DNA of 62,908 nucleotides, filler included, from Reclinomonas americana ATCC 50394 (Eukaryota): NCBI GenBank assembly GCA_048213135.1. It is 9 parts of 8 records of this genome, joined end to end, with 100 filler letters (N's around TTAATTAATTAA, not from the genome) between each part and the next. Parts side by side here need not be neighbours in the genome. Positions count along the whole stretch, not along the records: positions 60,329 to 61,787 come from PS015955.1; positions 61,888 to 62,908 come from AFZH01016256.1; 7 more parts are not named here. One strand, 5' to 3'. Shown piece by piece: positions 60,229 to 62,908 of this stretch (position 1 is its first letter; each line of letters starts with the position of its first letter). The notes under the pieces were generated by a model. It saw only the letters and a program-made list of their open reading frames with translations, ran no database searches and was not told where the DNA came from. The position numbers and the translations under genes were made by a program.

Positions 60229-60699
60229 NNNNNNNNNNNNNNNNNNNNNNNNNNNNNNNNNNNNNNNNNNNNTTAATTAATTAANNNNNNNNNNNNNNNN
60301 NNNNNNNNNNNNNNNNNNNNNNNNNNNNAGGAAGAAGAAGAAGAAGAGGAGGAAGAAGAAGAAGGCGAAGAAGAAGAACAAGAAGAAGAAGAGAAGAAGA
60401 AGAAGGAGAAAGAAGAACAAGAAGAAGAAGGAGAACAAGAGAGACAACCAACTGAGCAGCAGAGGAGAAAGGAGGAGGAGGAGCAGTCACGACAAATCAC
60501 TGCAAATCACAAAATGCACACTACAATGCACATCACAATGCGCTCCCTCCCTCCCTCCCTCCCTCACACACACCAAGCACTCCAACGCCGACAAATTCGT
60601 CGGATCCTTGGCCACCGGCAACACCACCTCGGTCGCACTCGCCGCATGCGCCGCCGCAATCTTCTCTCGCACACCAATCACACCAACAACACCACCACT

Positions 60700-61415
60700 C
60701 GGCCGCGCTTCTTGCTCATTCACAACAAAAACAACGCTCTCCGCCACCTCGTATCTCCTCGACGAAGGAGGTGGTGACGTGGCAGTAGTAGCTCCTGGTT
60801 TCACGGGTGATTGTACGGTGGCGCGGGAGGCACCACAGCCGCCGCCGCACAAACGAATGCGCTGGTGCATGATAGATAAACTGCAAATATTAGTTGTTCG
60901 CAGTGGTGAAAATTTCGCGCGTTTCTCTGGCGTTTCTTTGTTGTTGTTTTTGTGAGAGAGTGTGCGTGGGTGGATAAAAGGCGCGCTGATTCGAGAGAGA
61001 GATGGAGAGGCAAAAGTGCACGCGATGAGCAACTGCATGCAGACGTCGACGTCCGCGATCGATTTTCGCGATCATACATGACAAGCACAAGCGTTGCAGT
61101 GAGCGCCAGTCGATGATCGCACTCGCCGCATGCGCCACCGCGCACACCACCACCAATCACACCGACAACAACATTCGCTTGCTCATTCACAACAAAAACA
61201 ACGCTCTCCGCCACCTCGTATCTCCTCGATGAAGGAGGTGGTGACGTGGCAGTAGTAGCTCCTGGTTTCACGGGTGATTGTACGGTGGCGCGGGAGGCAC
61301 CACAGCCGCCGCCGCACAAACGAATGCGCTGGTGCATGATAAACTGCAAATATTAGTTGTTCGCTGTAAATTTCGCGCGTTTCTCTGGCGTTTCTTTGTT
61401 GTTGTCTTTGTGGGA
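60700..61415. repeat. Direct duplication of about 250 bp (about 60710-60955 and 61178-61410) carrying a putative first exon MHQRIRLCGGGCGAS on the minus strand
   Basis: Near-identical blocks gctcatt(t)cacaacaaaaacaacgctctccg...gctggtgcatgata; ATG at 60870 and 61337. Confidence 0.8.
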
Positions 61416-61756
61416 GGGAGGGAGGGAGGGAGAGAGAGTGGGTGGGTGGGTGTACGAGGTATAGTGGGCCAGGCGTGAGGAGAGACAGTCGTGAGAAGCC
61501 AGAGAGTGAGATCGAAAGAGCAAGAGAGGCAACATGCAGTGCACATAGCAGTGCACACCGGCCCAGCGTGAGCATTGAGATCCAGCCATTGATTAGCGTG
61601 GTGCACCGAGGGATGTGCTCGTGTGTCCCTGCCTCACCGCCGAGATGGGGAGAGAGAGAGAGAGTTTGAGTGTCCAAGTTGGTTGTTGTCTGATCGGTGA
61701 GAGGCCAGAGTCTAGATCTGTCTCTGATCGTCGTCATGCGTCCACACTTGTGCGTT

Positions 61757-61787
<31 letters not shown>

Positions 61788-62770
61788 NNNNNNNNNNNNN
61801 NNNNNNNNNNNNNNNNNNNNNNNNNNNNNNNTTAATTAATTAANNNNNNNNNNNNNNNNNNNNNNNNNNNNNNNNNNNNNNNNNNNNCTCTCTCACACTC
61901 TTACACACACAGGAAGGAGAGAGAGTACACGACAAAACTTGACAGCTTCTTTTTCTTCTTCTTCTTCTTCTTCTTCTTCTTGTGCTTGTTCATCTTCCTC
62001 TCTCTCTCTCACACACACACACTCTCTCTCACTTACAAACTCAACCGCGCACAGAGACAGAACGAGAGAGACGGAGAGAGAGAGAACACGACAAATGATG
62101 ACAACAACTTCTTTCCTCTTTCCTTCTTCTTCTTTCTTTCTCTTTCTTTCTTCTTTCTCCTTCTCTCTCTCTCTCTCTCTCACACACGTACACACACACA
62201 CACATACTCTCACTTACAAACTCAACCGCGCACAGAGACGGAGAGAGAGAGAACACGACAAATCATGACAACAACTTCTTTCCTCTTTCCTTCTTCTTCT
62301 TTCTTTCTCTTTCTTTCTTCTTTCTCCTTCTCTCTCTCTCTCACGTACACACACACACGCGTACACACTCTTACGCACACAGGAAAGAAGGAAAGAGAAT
62401 ACGAACAAAACTTCTGACAACAACTCTTCCTTTCTTCCTTTTTTCTTTCTCTCGCTTCCTTGTGTCTCTTCATCCCTCCCACCTCCCCTCTCTCCCTCTC
62501 TCTCTCCCGTCTCTTCCCTTCACACTCCACCGCCCACTCGAATCGACCGATTATTGCATTACACGCTCACGAGGTAAGCGCCTGCTCCTTCCCTCTCTCT
62601 ACACTTCCCACACACCCACACTCCTCCTACCACCATGCATCCTCATCGCTCTCTCCTTCACACCCCCCTGCGCAAAAAAACCGAGTCGTGTGCGCATGTG
62701 CAGATGCACATGCACAAGACCGCACACACGCACTCACTCACTCTTCCCACTCCTTCCTTCCTTGCACAGA

Positions 62771-62908
62771 ATGGACGTTGACAGCAAGAAGCAACGTCGC
62801 AGCAAGCGTGCAGCTGATGCCGAGGAGGACGTGGAGGACGTGAGGAAAGGTGTCGCCGAGGATGATGCACCGAAGAGCAAGCGGAGAAAGAGCGAGGAGA
62901 AGAAGAGC
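62771..62908 (+). CDS. Start of a charged, probably nuclear protein (runs off the window)
   Basis: MDVDSKKQRRSKRAADAEED...KSKRRKSEEKKS directly after a CAG acceptor; a GTAAGC donor at 62573 suggests a 5'UTR intron. Confidence 0.45.
   Translation, partial: MDVDSKKQRRSKRAADAEEDVEDVRKGVAEDDAPKSKRRKSEEKKS

Overview
Eukaryotic genomic scaffold, probably from a flagellated protist (it carries a TEX9 homologue). It is intron-rich and microsatellite-rich, with N gaps and artificial TTAATTAATTAA contig linkers. Ordinary multi-exon genes (ARM-repeat-like protein, TEX9, a divergent BRWD/PHIP-like gene) are interspersed with an immunity-like module set. Three paralogous NLR-like STAND genes share one chassis: a 2-codon micro-exon, a ubiquitin-like domain, a variable effector slot, then NACHT, pentapeptide repeats, 14 WD40 repeats and an acidic tail. 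The effector is a HEPN (RxxxxH) RNase-like domain in two copies (7.3-12.2 kb and 46.8-51.6 kb, minus strand). In the third copy (19.8-25.0 kb, plus strand) it is a caspase/paracaspase (peptidase C14) domain spread over five small exons, which no single ORF shows. The window also holds three stand-alone WD40 genes of the same repeat family (two complete 7-repeat genes sharing a novel C-terminal motif), a Pelle/IRAK-like kinase fragment, and relics of an REL-endonuclease non-LTR retrotransposon. All domain calls come from manual motif recognition and manual splicing; no database searches were run.
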